52,093 nucleotides of DNA, taken from positions 1 to 52,093 of the forward strand of contig CALGXU010000088.1 of the NCBI GenBank assembly GCA_937935205.1, read 5' to 3'. The DNA is from an uncultured Rothia sp. (lineage in GTDB: Bacteria; Actinomycetota; Actinomycetes; Actinomycetales; Micrococcaceae). Under the pieces are notes generated by a model that made no database searches, was not told the origin of the DNA, and worked only from the letters and a program-made list of their open reading frames with translations. Positions 1-9,923 of this stretch are shown one piece after another. The position numbers and the translations under genes were made by a program. Position 1 is the first letter of the stretch, and every line of letters starts with the position of its first letter.

Positions 1-2357
1 GCACCCGCCGCAACCTGAGCACCCGCAGCCGCAGCAGACGCGCCAGCAGAAGCCACTTGAGCAGCGTTCTGAGCCGCCTTAGCAGCCGCAGCCTTACCAG
101 CCGCAGCAGCCACCATGTTATCCGCAGCAGCAAGCCGCTGATTAGCAGCAGCCGCAGCATTAGCCGTACCCACGTTAGCGGCAAGCGCCGAATCATACTG
201 AACAGTAGCCGTCTGAGCCTGACGAATAGCCTGCCACACGACACTCCACGAGGCTTTCTGCGCGCCTGTCGCCTGCAACATACGGTTCTGCATCTGCAAG
301 TACGTCGCCGACATCGACACAGCCGCAGCCTTCGCAGCCATAAGGCCAACGCGCACTGTCGCCACAGCCGCGAGCGCACCAACAAACGCCTGAATAGGTG
401 CTGGCAGCTTAGCGAAAGCGTTAACAACACCTGTCGCAAGAGTAATCAGCAGCTTGAAAGGCACCATGAAGCTAGAGTTCATGGCCGCGCCCGCGTTCTG
501 CAAAGCGTGCTGGAAAGCCTCAATCTTAGCCGACAGGGTATCCATGATGACGTTCATCGACTCATCAATGAACGTCGTGCCCTTAGAAGCCCTCTCAGCC
601 TCCTTCAACTGCTCAACATACAGTCCGACACTGTTTGACATACGGGACAGCAATTCAACGTCACGCACGTTCTTGAAGCCCAAGTCCTTAATCGCCTGAG
701 CCTTCTCAACCTTGTCACCAATACCTGCAAGGTTCTGCAAGATACCCTGGAACACCTTGTTCGGGTCGTCCTGCCACAGCTTACGGAACTCTTCATCAGT
801 CACACCGACAGCCTGGGCGTAGGTGTGCATCTTGTCGCCACCCTCAGCAGCAGCGGCATTGATCGAGTTGAAGATACGCTGAAGCGAACCGCGCGCCCAT
901 TCCTTCGGAATAGCGAGCGACGACAGGGTAGACGACAGGGCAAGAATCTCATTCTGAGTAAAGCCAGCCGACTTACCCTGAGCAGCAATCGACACGGCCA
1001 TGTTCGCAATCTCAGGCTCAGTTGCAACCGACTTCGCACCGAGGTCAGCGATCTGGTTAGCGAGGACCGCGTAGCCGTCACCCTTGCCAGGTGCCGACTC
1101 TTGCAGCTTGCCCATCATCTCACCGAAACGGCCAAACGCGGTAGAAGCCGACTCGACCTCCATTCCGGTAACAGTCGAGAACTCAGCGACAGCCTTCGTA
1201 AAGTCTTTCAACTTGTTCGTCGGAATGTTCATCTGCGCACCGAGCGTACCAATCTTCGACAGATCAGCAAAAGACGTGGTGGTCTTCGTGGACAGATCAG
1301 TGTAAGCGTTCTTCAGCTCGCTAAGAGACTTTGTAGTGCCCTGCGCGGTACGCTCCACGTCAGCAAACGCGCGCTCCTGCGCAATACCCGCTTGAGCAGC
1401 AGACGACACCACACGACCAATACCAGCCGTAATAGCACCGTAGTACACAGCCATGTCGCGTGCAGCGTAACGGACGTTCTCAATCGCCTTCTCACTCGCA
1501 CGAGCGTTATTGCGAGCGGTACTAGCATCAGAGCGAATCGCCTGGCGCTTAGTCAGCTCTTCCTCACGGATACGAGCACGCTCAGTACGTGCAACCTCCG
1601 CCTCACGGGCAGCACCAATGCGCGCCGAAGCACTAGCGACAGCCGCTTCACGCTTAGCCTCAGCAGAAGCCGTCGTTGCAGCGGCCCTAATCTCTGCCTG
1701 CTCCAAAGCGGTGAGCGCTTGAATCTCAGCAAGACGGGTAGCCTCAGCACCCTTCGCCTTCACAAGGCTACGCTCGTCCTTACCCCTCTGCTTCTGCAAG
1801 GGGATGGCATTATCCTCACGCTTCACACTTGCCTGAGCACGCAGCTTTTCAGCCTGAGCCTCAGTCTTACGTGCCTGCGACTGGTTCAACTGAGCCTGGG
1901 CCTTCTTCGCCTTCGTCTCAGCTTCAGCCATAGCATTAGACGCAGAAGCCACCTCACGCATAGCCGAGGCAGTATCCTTCAGCTTAGCGATATGGTCCTT
2001 GCTCAGGTTGTTCATCGTGCGAGTCTCACGGATGAACTGACGATACGCCGAAACAGCCTTATCGACACCCGCCGAAAGATCAGCCTTGCTCGCGTCACCA
2101 GCAGCCTTATTCAGTGAGCCAAGAGCATCAGCCACAGACTTCAGCGCAGATGCAGAGTCCTTCAGGTTCTTGACCTTCGAGCTGTCGAGCTGCAAAGAAT
2201 CAAGAACAGAACCACCACGGCCAGAGGGTGCCTTCAGTGCAGCGACAGCACTCTGAAGCGAACCAATCTGCTTTTCCAGGGCACCAATGCTCTGTGCTGC
2301 CTTGTCTGCCCCAGCAGCGTTAACGTCAATATCAATCTTAATTGACTCGTCTGCCAC
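1..2357 (-). CDS. Tape measure protein, N-terminal part (continues at 52093-49185 across the circular junction)
   Basis: GTG at 2357 after AGGAG (MADESIKIDIDVNAAGADKAAQSIG...). The Ala-rich frame appears to run off position 1 without a stop, so it is absent from the ORF track. It follows the tail chaperones. Confidence 0.9.
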   Translation of the reverse strand, partial: MADESIKIDIDVNAAGADKAAQSIGALEKQIGSLQSAVAALKAPSGRGGSVLDSLQLDSSKVKNLKDSASALKSVADALGSLNKAAGDASKADLSAGVDKAVSAYRQFIRETRTMNNLSKDHIAKLKDTASAMREVASASNAMAEAETKAKKAQAQLNQSQARKTEAQAEKLRAQASVKREDNAIPLQKQRGKDERSLVKAKGAEATRLAEIQALTALEQAEIRAAATTASAEAKREAAVASASARIGAAREAEVARTERARIREEELTKRQAIRSDASTARNNARASEKAIENVRYAARDMAVYYGAITAGIGRVVSSAAQAGIAQERAFADVERTAQGTTKSLSELKNAYTDLSTKTTTSFADLSKIGTLGAQMNIPTNKLKDFTKAVAEFSTVTGMEVESASTAFGRFGEMMGKLQESAPGKGDGYAVLANQIADLGAKSVATEPEIANMAVSIAAQGKSAGFTQNEILALSSTLSSLAIPKEWARGSLQRIFNSINAAAAEGGDKMHTYAQAVGVTDEEFRKLWQDDPNKVFQGILQNLAGIGDKVEKAQAIKDLGFKNVRDVELLSRMSNSVGLYVEQLKEAERASKGTTFIDESMNVIMDTLSAKIEAFQHALQNAGAAMNSSFMVPFKLLITLATGVVNAFAKLPAPIQAFVGALAAVATVRVGLMAAKAAAVSMSATYLQMQNRMLQATGAQKASWSVVWQAIRQAQTATVQYDSALAANVGTANAAAAANQRLAAADNMVAAAAGKAAAAKAAQNAAQVASAGASAAAAGAQVAAG

Positions 2358-2378
2358 CTTAACTCCTAAAAAGAAAAC

Positions 2379-2410
2379 GTCCCTGGTACCACTCCAATGA
2401 TACCAGGGAC
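2379..2410 (-). terminator. Intrinsic terminator-like hairpin between tail chaperone and tape measure
   Basis: GTCCCTGGTA/TACCAGGGAC inverted repeat followed on the minus strand by GTTTTCTTTTT. Confidence 0.6.
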
Positions 2411-2415
2411 TTTTC

Positions 2416-2883
2416 CTACCTAACTTGCTCAAGCGCTTCAAGAGGTGAAGGCAACGGCTCTTTCGTACCGTCCGAGTATTCGACAGTGCCCATCACCGTG
2501 TATGTGCTTTCACCTGGCTTGGTTTCCTTCGCGTGCTCACGATGTCGATCAAGCTCAGCACATGAATAACACGTAGAAGTCTCTACATGGAACTCAATCG
2601 CACTATGCTCACTACGACCGTACCAGAGCGGTGTACCACACTTGTTACACAGGCTGTCGAGATAATACTGATAACCCGCAGCCAAAGCCAGGTCCAAGTT
2701 AGTGTATTCAGTTTGATCTATCGGCTCCGAGTCAAGCTCATCACCAATCCACACAGGCGCAACCCGAGCAAACATGCCGTGCGCGCCCGTAAACAGCGTC
2801 GGAGGCTTACTCTCCGCTCTCGCCGTCTTCAGTAGAAGAATCATCCACTGGTTCTCCGGCTTGCTCAGCTCCGTCCCCACGAA
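2416..2883 (-). CDS. Tail assembly chaperone, second (T) frame; made by frameshift or from its own ATG at 2844
   Basis: Overlaps the end of the 2807-3436 gene in the +1 frame, directly upstream of the tape measure; contains CxxC...CxxC. Confidence 0.7.
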   Translation of the reverse strand, partial: FVGTELSKPENQWMILLLKTARAESKPPTLFTGAHGMFARVAPVWIGDELDSEPIDQTEYTNLDLALAAGYQYYLDSLCNKCGTPLWYGRSEHSAIEFHVETSTCYSCAELDRHREHAKETKPGESTYTVMGTVEYSDGTKEPLPSPLEALEQVR

Positions 2884-3436
2884 ACGTAGGATCAGAAATC
2901 GCCTCAGCCACCACAGCTCCAAGCTCCTGAGCATCATTCCACGTCGCACAAATCTGCTGCCACAAGAACTCAGGCAAATAACCACGAAGCTGCGCAGCCT
3001 CGTCCTCGTCTAGACCGTTCTTCGACTCGCCAGTCTCATTATCAATGATCTCGACACAGGCACGGGAAACGATATACTCCATCAGACGGTCTTCACGCTC
3101 GATCTCGATGACAGCCTTTTCCTCAACACTCTTGTTCTTCGTAGAGAAGAACGGGTCTTCCCAGACCTTGCGCTTCAGGACGTACAGCTCCTTGTTCGAC
3201 AGGGCGCGCAGACGTAGAGTGATCGTCTGCTTGCGCAGCTTTTCAAGCTCTTCCTCAAGCTCGACACCAGGGGCAGTGTCGGTAATTGAACGAGACATTG
3301 GTGCCTCGTGCAACTGCGCGGTCTTAGCCAGTTCGACCAACTGAGCGAAACGCTCCGCATCCTCAGTGTTCAGTGGCACGTCGATAGCCTTGACTGTAGG
3401 CTTGATGGACAAGATAATCCTAGACAACTCAAACAT
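2807..3436 (-). CDS. Tail assembly chaperone (G)
   Basis: Lies between major tail and tape measure; acidic helical 209 aa; GGAG RBS. Confidence 0.75.
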   Translation of the reverse strand: MFELSRIILSIKPTVKAIDVPLNTEDAERFAQLVELAKTAQLHEAPMSRSITDTAPGVELEEELEKLRKQTITLRLRALSNKELYVLKRKVWEDPFFSTKNKSVEEKAVIEIEREDRLMEYIVSRACVEIIDNETGESKNGLDEDEAAQLRGYLPEFLWQQICATWNDAQELGAVVAEAISDPTFRGDGAEQAGEPVDDSSTEDGESGE

Positions 3437-3456
3437 GTCTACTCCAATCAGATATG

Positions 3457-3497
3457 AGAATACCCCCGCACCTCGGAGGCACAGGGGTATTCTAGCA
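3457..3497 (-). promoter_or_regulatory. Extended -10 (TGcTAGAAT) overlapping a hairpin after the major tail gene
   Basis: AGAATACCCC...GGGGTATTCT inverted repeat 3457-3493; TGCTAGAAT on minus strand at 3497-3489. Confidence 0.45.
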
Positions 3498-3504
3498 GAA
3501 CTGA

Positions 3505-4050
3505 TCAGGCAGTGACAGCCTTGTTCAGCTCCATATAGCCTTGAGGCAGGAACGGGACGGTGAACTGGATAGGCTTATCGCCGTCTCCCAGCTCGTCCTT
3601 TGGGTTGTCCGGCACGACCTTGAAGGCCGACAGCTCCATACCAGCCTCGACAGCGGTACCCTGTCGGAAACCGATACGCTGGACCAGGTAGCCTTCCTTA
3701 ATACCGTCAAGCGTTCCACGCTTGAACAACTGGAAAGCCTTATCGTAGACGGAGGTGTTACCCGCCGCCTTCTGACCAGCCGCGATAGCCTCGCGGAAGA
3801 ACGTCAGCGAAGCCTCGTAGTTGGCAATGGTCGGAGTCTTCGCGTTACCCGAATCGCAGATGGTACGCGAATCATCCGTGTCAGAGTCCGTCGCACCGAG
3901 CGTCATGCCCGCCGCGATAGCACACGAAATGTCAACCGCCTTCGGCGTACCACCCGTGTAGGTAGCAGCCTTAAACAGGTCAGCAACGTTAGTAATGGCA
4001 TCAGCCGGAACCCACCAAATGGTGGTGTTCGGCGACAACATCTTGGGCAT
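3505..4050 (-). CDS. Major tail (tube) protein
   Basis: MPKMLSPNTTIWWVP...AVDISCAI...DSDTDDSRTICD...YLVQRIG motifs typical of actinophage tail tubes; synteny. Confidence 0.8.
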   Translation of the reverse strand: MPKMLSPNTTIWWVPADAITNVADLFKAATYTGGTPKAVDISCAIAAGMTLGATDSDTDDSRTICDSGNAKTPTIANYEASLTFFREAIAAGQKAAGNTSVYDKAFQLFKRGTLDGIKEGYLVQRIGFRQGTAVEAGMELSAFKVVPDNPKDELGDGDKPIQFTVPFLPQGYMELNKAVTA

Positions 4051-4256
4051 CAGTATTCCTCCTTGTGGGAAACGATATCGTCATCTTCAATGGTATCATC
4101 CTCGCCGCAACACTTGGCCTGTGTAATCGGCGTATTGTCGTCAACAACCTCATACATGTCCGGCAGAACAGCCAGCTCATCCTCGGTCTTGTCGCAGACA
4201 ATATTGGTAAAAACATTGCGCACGCGCAATTCACTCACCCCTATCCAGGTTGACAT
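4050..4256 (-). CDS. Small hypothetical protein (start uncertain)
   Basis: Coupled to neighbours in the structural operon. Confidence 0.55.
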   Translation of the reverse strand: MSTWIGVSELRVRNVFTNIVCDKTEDELAVLPDMYEVVDDNTPITQAKCCGEDDTIEDDDIVSHKEEY

Positions 4257-4647
4257 AAAAACTCATACTGTGCTGATAAACCGTAGGCCGCAACGTGGAA
4301 TCGTAATCGCTATCAGTACCAACAGACGCAGCGATATTCACCCCATTAGACCCATCAACCAACACAGCACCAATGAGCTTCTCTTTCACAACCGACACAA
4401 GCCGATTGAGAAGTTTCTTATTCACAGCGTACACATCCACCGTGAAAGGATGCTCGTACACATCCATAGTGTGACCACCAAGCGACACATACTCGTCCAA
4501 CTGACGATTGATCTCAGCGCCGCCGTGATACACGATATAAAGAGGCACCTTCGTATCACGCGAAAAAGAGTCGAAAACCTCAACATCCTTAATCGTGCGC
4601 AAAAGAGCCAGACAAGCCTCGTCAAACTCCAAGGTCCTATCCGTCAC
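4231..4647 (-). CDS. Tail terminator / completion protein
   Basis: Synteny; P-x-Y-I-V-Y and F-T-V-D-V-Y-A beta pattern. Confidence 0.65.
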   Translation of the reverse strand: MTDRTLEFDEACLALLRTIKDVEVFDSFSRDTKVPLYIVYHGGAEINRQLDEYVSLGGHTMDVYEHPFTVDVYAVNKKLLNRLVSVVKEKLIGAVLVDGSNGVNIAASVGTDSDYDSTLRPTVYQHSMSFYVNLDRGE

Positions 4648-5123
4648 TTCAGCCTCCCATAGAACTCTTCACGGAACACAGCCGTCACACGGGGCAAATA
4701 CTTAGCCGGGGTAATACCCTTCCCCTTGTCGCCACCCGTAGGCTTGCCACGCAAACCAGAACGCAAATAACCAGAAGTGCGCTGACTGTACGTGCCGTTC
4801 TCCTGCCACGAATAGTACGGCTTAGCACGGTCCCAACGATGCCAACCGATCTCGACAACCTTACCGCCCTTAGACGCATCAACACGGAAAGCATCACGCA
4901 TATAGCCAGTATCAACACGGCGCGGGTCTGTCGCAATCAAAGCACGCCCATACTCAGTAGAAGCGGCAGCAGCAGCCTTAGCCGCTGCGTCAACCTTCTT
5001 CCAAGCAGCGTCAATGATCTTCTTCTTCGCCTTAGCAGCGACACCATACCTGTCGGTATCGACAGTCACCTTAATGCCAGCAACACGACCATCATACCGG
5101 ACAGTCTTTTTCGTTCTAGCCAT
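4644..5123 (-). CDS. HK97 gp10-like neck / tail completion protein
   Basis: RVDTGYMRDA...YYSWQENGT...ITPAKYL motif; synteny. Confidence 0.7.
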   Translation of the reverse strand: MARTKKTVRYDGRVAGIKVTVDTDRYGVAAKAKKKIIDAAWKKVDAAAKAAAAASTEYGRALIATDPRRVDTGYMRDAFRVDASKGGKVVEIGWHRWDRAKPYYSWQENGTYSQRTSGYLRSGLRGKPTGGDKGKGITPAKYLPRVTAVFREEFYGRLK

Positions 5124-5607
5124 TAGCAGTCTCCCCCGTCGCCACGTCACACAAAAGCGTCACCTGCCAGTTCAGTGTATCAACCTGAGCGTTACGCACA
5201 ACCAGCTTCAACCCCGCAACACGAGCGTCGGTCGGCATTTCCTCTACTTGGACGCGCATACCTTCAGCGAACGACACACGCGCATCCGGGTTGCCCCACA
5301 AATCACGTGAAAAAACCTCATTCTTGTCGATGTGCAAAAGCTGCACACGATACGCATGAACACCTGTGACTGTACCTGCCCACTCACGGTTACGAGCACG
5401 CCAGTCAACATTGGGTGTAATGTTCGCCCAACCCTTCCACACAGGATTGTTGTACTCAAGCGACAAACCAGCCTCATCAGACCAGTCGTACGATACTGTG
5501 TCTGGCTCCTTGAAGATGCTCACCTTCGTATTCGCCAACAACTGAAGCGGATAATACGAGGCATACATGAACAAAGGGTGAATATTCGGGTCAATCGACA
5601 AGCCCAC
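5116..5607 (-). CDS. Head-to-tail stopper
   Basis: Synteny; beta-rich protein of ~163 aa. Confidence 0.6.
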   Translation of the reverse strand: MGLSIDPNIHPLFMYASYYPLQLLANTKVSIFKEPDTVSYDWSDEAGLSLEYNNPVWKGWANITPNVDWRARNREWAGTVTGVHAYRVQLLHIDKNEVFSRDLWGNPDARVSFAEGMRVQVEEMPTDARVAGLKLVVRNAQVDTLNWQVTLLCDVATGETANG

Positions 5608-5993
5608 TAGAAGTTCACCGCCCAATCCACAGGCTCAAATGTTGGCTGCACAACATCAAAGCAGAGGTTATTTACCTCATCTTCCTTCGCTTGAGCACGC
5701 AACTGCCGAGCACGACCGACAATCGCAGCCAGCAGCTTAGCACCGTCAGTCTGCTTGTCGTCTGTCTTCAAGACAAGCAACTGCAAAGCCTTATCCATGC
5801 CGATAGCGTCACACGCATCGGCAGCAGCCAGCTTCACGTTACCGCCGTTAACAGCGAGCAAAGCCTCGATCTCTTCATCAGCGAAAAGATAACGCGGCTC
5901 GTTCCTCAAGTCGCGCAAGTCCTCCAACTTACGCAAATCAGGAATAAGGACACGCACCTGTCCGATGGGGGAAGAAAAATCAATCTCGCTCAT
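5607..5993 (-). CDS. Head-to-tail adaptor
   Basis: IGQVRVLIPD...LFADEEIEALL...VKLAAADACDAI pattern; follows the capsid gene. Confidence 0.75.
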   Translation of the reverse strand: MSEIDFSSPIGQVRVLIPDLRKLEDLRDLRNEPRYLFADEEIEALLAVNGGNVKLAAADACDAIGMDKALQLLVLKTDDKQTDGAKLLAAIVGRARQLRAQAKEDEVNNLCFDVVQPTFEPVDWAVNF

Positions 5994-5999
5994 AAAACC

Positions 6000-6040
6000 A
6001 GTATAGCAAGACCCCCGCAGCCAAAGGCCGCGAGGGTCTT
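6000..6040 (-). promoter_or_regulatory. Post-capsid hairpin followed by extended -10 TGcTATACT 6 nt before ATG (leaderless promoter)
   Basis: AAGACCC...GGGTCTT hairpin 6008-6040; minus strand reads TGCTATACTggttttATG with no SD. Confidence 0.6.
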
Positions 6041-6058
6041 ACTCAATCAGCTAACTGA

Positions 6059-7201
6059 TCACAGAGACTGATTACCAGTCGAGCCGATAATACCGTCGTA
6101 GCGGACGATGCCAGCACCCGCGATCTGTCGGATACGGACTTCGACATCATCGTTGTCGAACGAACCCTCATAGGGGTTAACGTCGCCGCCACCGATCATC
6201 TGGCCGGTCTTGTTGTGGATACGAAGCTCCGGGGCCTCACGACCCAGCATACCCGTCTTCGCAAGGACAGTCTTACCATTGGCGCGACCACCCTTCGGCA
6301 GAAGAACCCATGCCTTCTCGCCACCAACAACGGAAATCAGATCAGAAGTAACGACCTCCAAGTCCTTCAGAGGATTACCCTTGATCTCGGTACGCTTACC
6401 ATTCTGAACACGAATCTCGTTAATCTGAGTGTAGCCCTTAGCAACCTCAGCAAGAGCCGGGTTAGTGACCAATACGAAACCCTCGGGGACATAAGTCGAG
6501 TGACCGTCGCGCAGAGTAGCGAGTGCCTGGAACCGGGCAGCAACAATCGCATCGAACGACAGTTCGTGATTATTACCAGAGGTACCCAAACCGGCAGCAC
6601 CGCCAGTGATCTCAGCAGGCAGACCATCGACCCTAAACTCGGTCTTGTTAGTGGTGTTAAACACGTCCTTGCGAAGAGACTTCGTAGCGGGGTCAAACAG
6701 CTGAAGGAGGACCAGCAAGTCCTCAGTACGCGCAGCGAGAGCAGCAGCATCCTTCGGGAAACGGCTAATTACATTCCACTCGTCATTAATAAACGACTCG
6801 AAGCTGAACTGGATGCGCGCGCCGTGCTTGGCGGTCGTGATAAACGCGCCGTCAGCGCTGTACGACATGGTGGGGTAAGGAGTCAGCTCCGGCACATGAG
6901 GCAGCGTGCCCACAGGGTGCTGATAACCACCATTGTCGATAGGAGCCGTAGTAGCGTCGGGCTTCAGCGACAGAAGCGAAGCAGGACGGAAGTCCGTCAA
7001 CAGCTCCTTCGTCGCAATCTTGTCCCAAATCGTCTCATGAGCATCGAAATACTCCTGGAAACGAACGTTCGCGGCCTTCACGAACATAGGTGCCAGCTGA
7101 TCAGAGGTGACAGCCTCCTTCAGGCGCGCCTGCGCGAGACGGTCGCCTGCAAGGGCCTCACCCAACTGGACGTTGAACTCTTCCTGGTTCTTGAAACGCA
7201 C
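6059..7201 (-). CDS. Major capsid protein
   Basis: 380 aa; EAVTSD, VPELTPY, KHGARIQFSFESFINDE, GSFDNDDVEVRIR motifs of HK97-fold/Mu-gpT-like actinophage capsids. Confidence 0.88.
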   Translation of the reverse strand: MRFKNQEEFNVQLGEALAGDRLAQARLKEAVTSDQLAPMFVKAANVRFQEYFDAHETIWDKIATKELLTDFRPASLLSLKPDATTAPIDNGGYQHPVGTLPHVPELTPYPTMSYSADGAFITTAKHGARIQFSFESFINDEWNVISRFPKDAAALAARTEDLLVLLQLFDPATKSLRKDVFNTTNKTEFRVDGLPAEITGGAAGLGTSGNNHELSFDAIVAARFQALATLRDGHSTYVPEGFVLVTNPALAEVAKGYTQINEIRVQNGKRTEIKGNPLKDLEVVTSDLISVVGGEKAWVLLPKGGRANGKTVLAKTGMLGREAPELRIHNKTGQMIGGGDVNPYEGSFDNDDVEVRIRQIAGAGIVRYDGIIGSTGNQSL

Positions 7202-7216
7202 TTTAGTTGCCTCCTA

Positions 7217-7699
7217 TCAGGCGTTCTTAGCAGGTGCAAGAACAACCTGCATCTTCTGAGGGTTGGTAGATGCAGCAAGCGGCTCCTTCAGCCAGCCGAT
7301 AACAACATCAGCACCGGCCTTAACGGTCGTAATCTCAGGCTTCACACCTGCGCCCGTCGCAGCCTTCGCGTACACAGGCGCACCCGCCTGCGCAGCGGCA
7401 ACAGACTTGCCGACAAGCTCAAACACGCCACCAGCGACACGCACAGAGGCGTATCCGGGGCCATTCAGACCGTACGTAGGTGCCGTGAGAACATCGGTAA
7501 GAGCTTGCTCAGCCTTGTCAGTCGTAGGACGAACCTTCGACTGAAGAATACCAGCAATACCATTGTCCTTGTTGATGACAACAACGTCGCCAGGCTCAAG
7601 ATGAGCCTGCGTGGCACCAACAGGGAGGGAGAGAGTCTTGGAATACTCAAAAATCTGGTTGTCCTTGACAACCGGAACACGAATAGCGTTGACTGCCAT
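7217..7699 (-). CDS. Capsid decoration / cement protein
   Basis: Between scaffold and capsid; PGDVVV...GAPVY...VIGW pattern (DUF2190-like). Confidence 0.65.
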   Translation of the reverse strand: MAVNAIRVPVVKDNQIFEYSKTLSLPVGATQAHLEPGDVVVINKDNGIAGILQSKVRPTTDKAEQALTDVLTAPTYGLNGPGYASVRVAGGVFELVGKSVAAAQAGAPVYAKAATGAGVKPEITTVKAGADVVIGWLKEPLAASTNPQKMQVVLAPAKNA

Positions 7700-7704
7700 T
7701 ATGC

Positions 7705-8577
7705 TCACCAACCGATCTTTCCGAAAGTGTCTTCGTTCTTTTCGACAACAGGGGTGGCAGTCGCAGCGACAGCCTCCTTGAGATACGCACGCTCAGCCTC
7801 AAGAGCAGACTCGACATCCGCGCCGCCCTTCACAGCCTCACGAACACGCGCGACAGCCGCATCCGGCAGACCGGACTCGGCAATCTTCTTGCCAGCCTCA
7901 AGGACGGAATCGACATCCACGGATGCCTCTTCGACCTTCTCAGCAGGTTCCTCCACCTTGGCCTCCTGAATCGCGGCCACAGCAGACTCTAGCTTAGAGC
8001 CGATAGCTTCAACAAGAGAAGCGATCTCACCCTTCAGCTCATCGAACTTGGACTCAAGCAGCTTTTCGTCCACAGTTCCCTCCTTAATAGAATTGTTGTT
8101 CCTATTTGATTCTAGCAGATCAACAATGACACCACCAGCACCAGGCGCGGTAACAAAGTCAACCGACCTAACGCCAGCAAAAACAGGAACAACACCTGTT
8201 TCCGCAATTGGCTGGTCGCACCAAGCATTAATGGAAACACCAATATATTCCCACTTATCCTTGATTAGCTCGTTAACACCAGAGAACACCTTACACACAG
8301 TGTAGAGTGCCCCATCCTCACCGACAGTAGCGTCTTCAAGAAAGACACCAGCATAGTCACGAATAGAACGCTCCGGGCGCTCCCACTCTTCAGACTCAGT
8401 TGGGTGGTCTATAAACATTTCCGTGCCAGCCTTAAACAGGTAAGCAGACTCAGCCAAGTTCTCAGCAGTGTAAATACCACTAGAACCCTGGCCGGGCACG
8501 ATAATTCTGATCCGGTACTTTCCCTCACCAAGAGACTCAGTACCGACAGCGCTCGTGGACTCATGCAGCTTAGGCAT
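7705..8577 (-). CDS. Capsid maturation protease / scaffold fusion
   Basis: PGQGSSGIY, MFIDHP...PERSIRD, IGVSINA, SVDFVTAPGAGG motifs plus an acidic coiled C-terminus. Confidence 0.8.
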   Translation of the reverse strand: MPKLHESTSAVGTESLGEGKYRIRIIVPGQGSSGIYTAENLAESAYLFKAGTEMFIDHPTESEEWERPERSIRDYAGVFLEDATVGEDGALYTVCKVFSGVNELIKDKWEYIGVSINAWCDQPIAETGVVPVFAGVRSVDFVTAPGAGGVIVDLLESNRNNNSIKEGTVDEKLLESKFDELKGEIASLVEAIGSKLESAVAAIQEAKVEEPAEKVEEASVDVDSVLEAGKKIAESGLPDAAVARVREAVKGGADVESALEAERAYLKEAVAATATPVVEKNEDTFGKIGW

Positions 8578-9910
8578 CGGTCCCTCCATTATCTCGATTG
8601 TCGTTAGTACCGTCAGACAACGGGCCTACACCCGTTGCGCGTCCGTCCTCGTTGTCCTTTGCTGCCGAGTCTTCTTCGCCCTCAGCCTCATTCTCAGAGG
8701 GCAGTTCAGGCAAGTCTTCCAATGGCAAAGAACCAGCAATCTTCAAGAGCTGCAACACACCGGAACGCATTTCAACCTGATGCAAAGCACCATTCTGGAA
8801 CGCCAACGTCAAAGACTGAATACGGCGGTGAGTCTGGTCATTATTGATCGAGCCGTACTCGATCTGCACCTTAATACCGAGAGCCGCAGCAATCTCATTC
8901 AACATGTCGATATGGAGTTGACGACGCAATTCCAACGCCTTAAACGTCGGGTCTTCAAGCGCAGTCTCAGCACCCTGACGACCGCCTGCGGAACCATCCG
9001 TCAACAACACCGACAAAGGGATGTCGAGCGCAGCCGACACCATAGACGCAAGAGGCGTACCAGCCGAGAAATCAATCCCAGCGCCAGCCTTGTTAATCGC
9101 CTGAATATCCTGCCCAGCACCAATGTTCGCAGTGCCACCGACACCGGGACCAGCCATACGCTGCTGGACGGCCTGTTGCTGCTTAGAATTAACGCTCGTT
9201 GCCTTGAAGGCCAGCTTAGCGAGAGACTTCTCCATGAGGTGTGCGACCTCAAGATGCTCCTTGTACTTCTGTGCATACGACATAGCACTCATGAGATCAG
9301 GCTTGCCGTACTGTTCAGCAGCAAGGCGATTCACGGTCGCATACACAGCCGTCAAGCGCTTGTTCACCTTGTAGTTAGACTTGGTGATCTTCACGCTCAC
9401 ACGGTCCCACAGCATATACCACTGAGGCTCACCACTTACGACAGGGTTGATCAGGAGCGCAACGACATCACCTGTCGCATCATCAGTAGCCACACCGGCA
9501 AGCCGCATCAACGGAGCAGGTGTAACAGTCTTTGTCGCCTTATCCACAAGATAAATGACGCAACCGTCAGTGTTGAAAGACTGCTCATCACGAACACGCG
9601 CCTGCACACTGAAACAAGCCTTCGCATTTTCTTCGATTACATTACGGGAAGGTCCAGTAGAACCCTTGTAGACAACAGGGTCGCCCCACATGTAAGCGTT
9701 ACGTACAACCAAGCCACGCTTCACAATAGGGTTAAGAGTAGCCAAACGGCGCGCACGCGCCGAATGGTCCCTAATCACATCAAGAGTAATCAGAGAATCA
9801 GGGCCTTCGACAGCAGACAAAGGCAACCAGCCCGCATCTTCTCGCTTGAGACGCGCTAGGGTATCAGAAAAAGACCCTAGCGCTTCTTGAAATGTCTGCT
9901 CATACTTCAT
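8570..9910 (-). CDS. Portal protein
   Basis: 446 aa directly after terL; NPIVKRGLVVR...YMWG motif. Confidence 0.82.
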   Translation of the reverse strand: MKYEQTFQEALGSFSDTLARLKREDAGWLPLSAVEGPDSLITLDVIRDHSARARRLATLNPIVKRGLVVRNAYMWGDPVVYKGSTGPSRNVIEENAKACFSVQARVRDEQSFNTDGCVIYLVDKATKTVTPAPLMRLAGVATDDATGDVVALLINPVVSGEPQWYMLWDRVSVKITKSNYKVNKRLTAVYATVNRLAAEQYGKPDLMSAMSYAQKYKEHLEVAHLMEKSLAKLAFKATSVNSKQQQAVQQRMAGPGVGGTANIGAGQDIQAINKAGAGIDFSAGTPLASMVSAALDIPLSVLLTDGSAGGRQGAETALEDPTFKALELRRQLHIDMLNEIAAALGIKVQIEYGSINNDQTHRRIQSLTLAFQNGALHQVEMRSGVLQLLKIAGSLPLEDLPELPSENEAEGEEDSAAKDNEDGRATGVGPLSDGTNDNRDNGGTDA

Positions 9911-9923
9911 GCTAATTATCCTA

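Noticed and set aside
57..9859. Long plus-strand ORFs (57-638, 825-2117, 3541-4662, 6215-7969, 8555-9859)
   Set aside because: Antisense shadows of codon-biased minus-strand structural genes; Ser/Arg/Leu-rich with no RBS or recognisable motifs.
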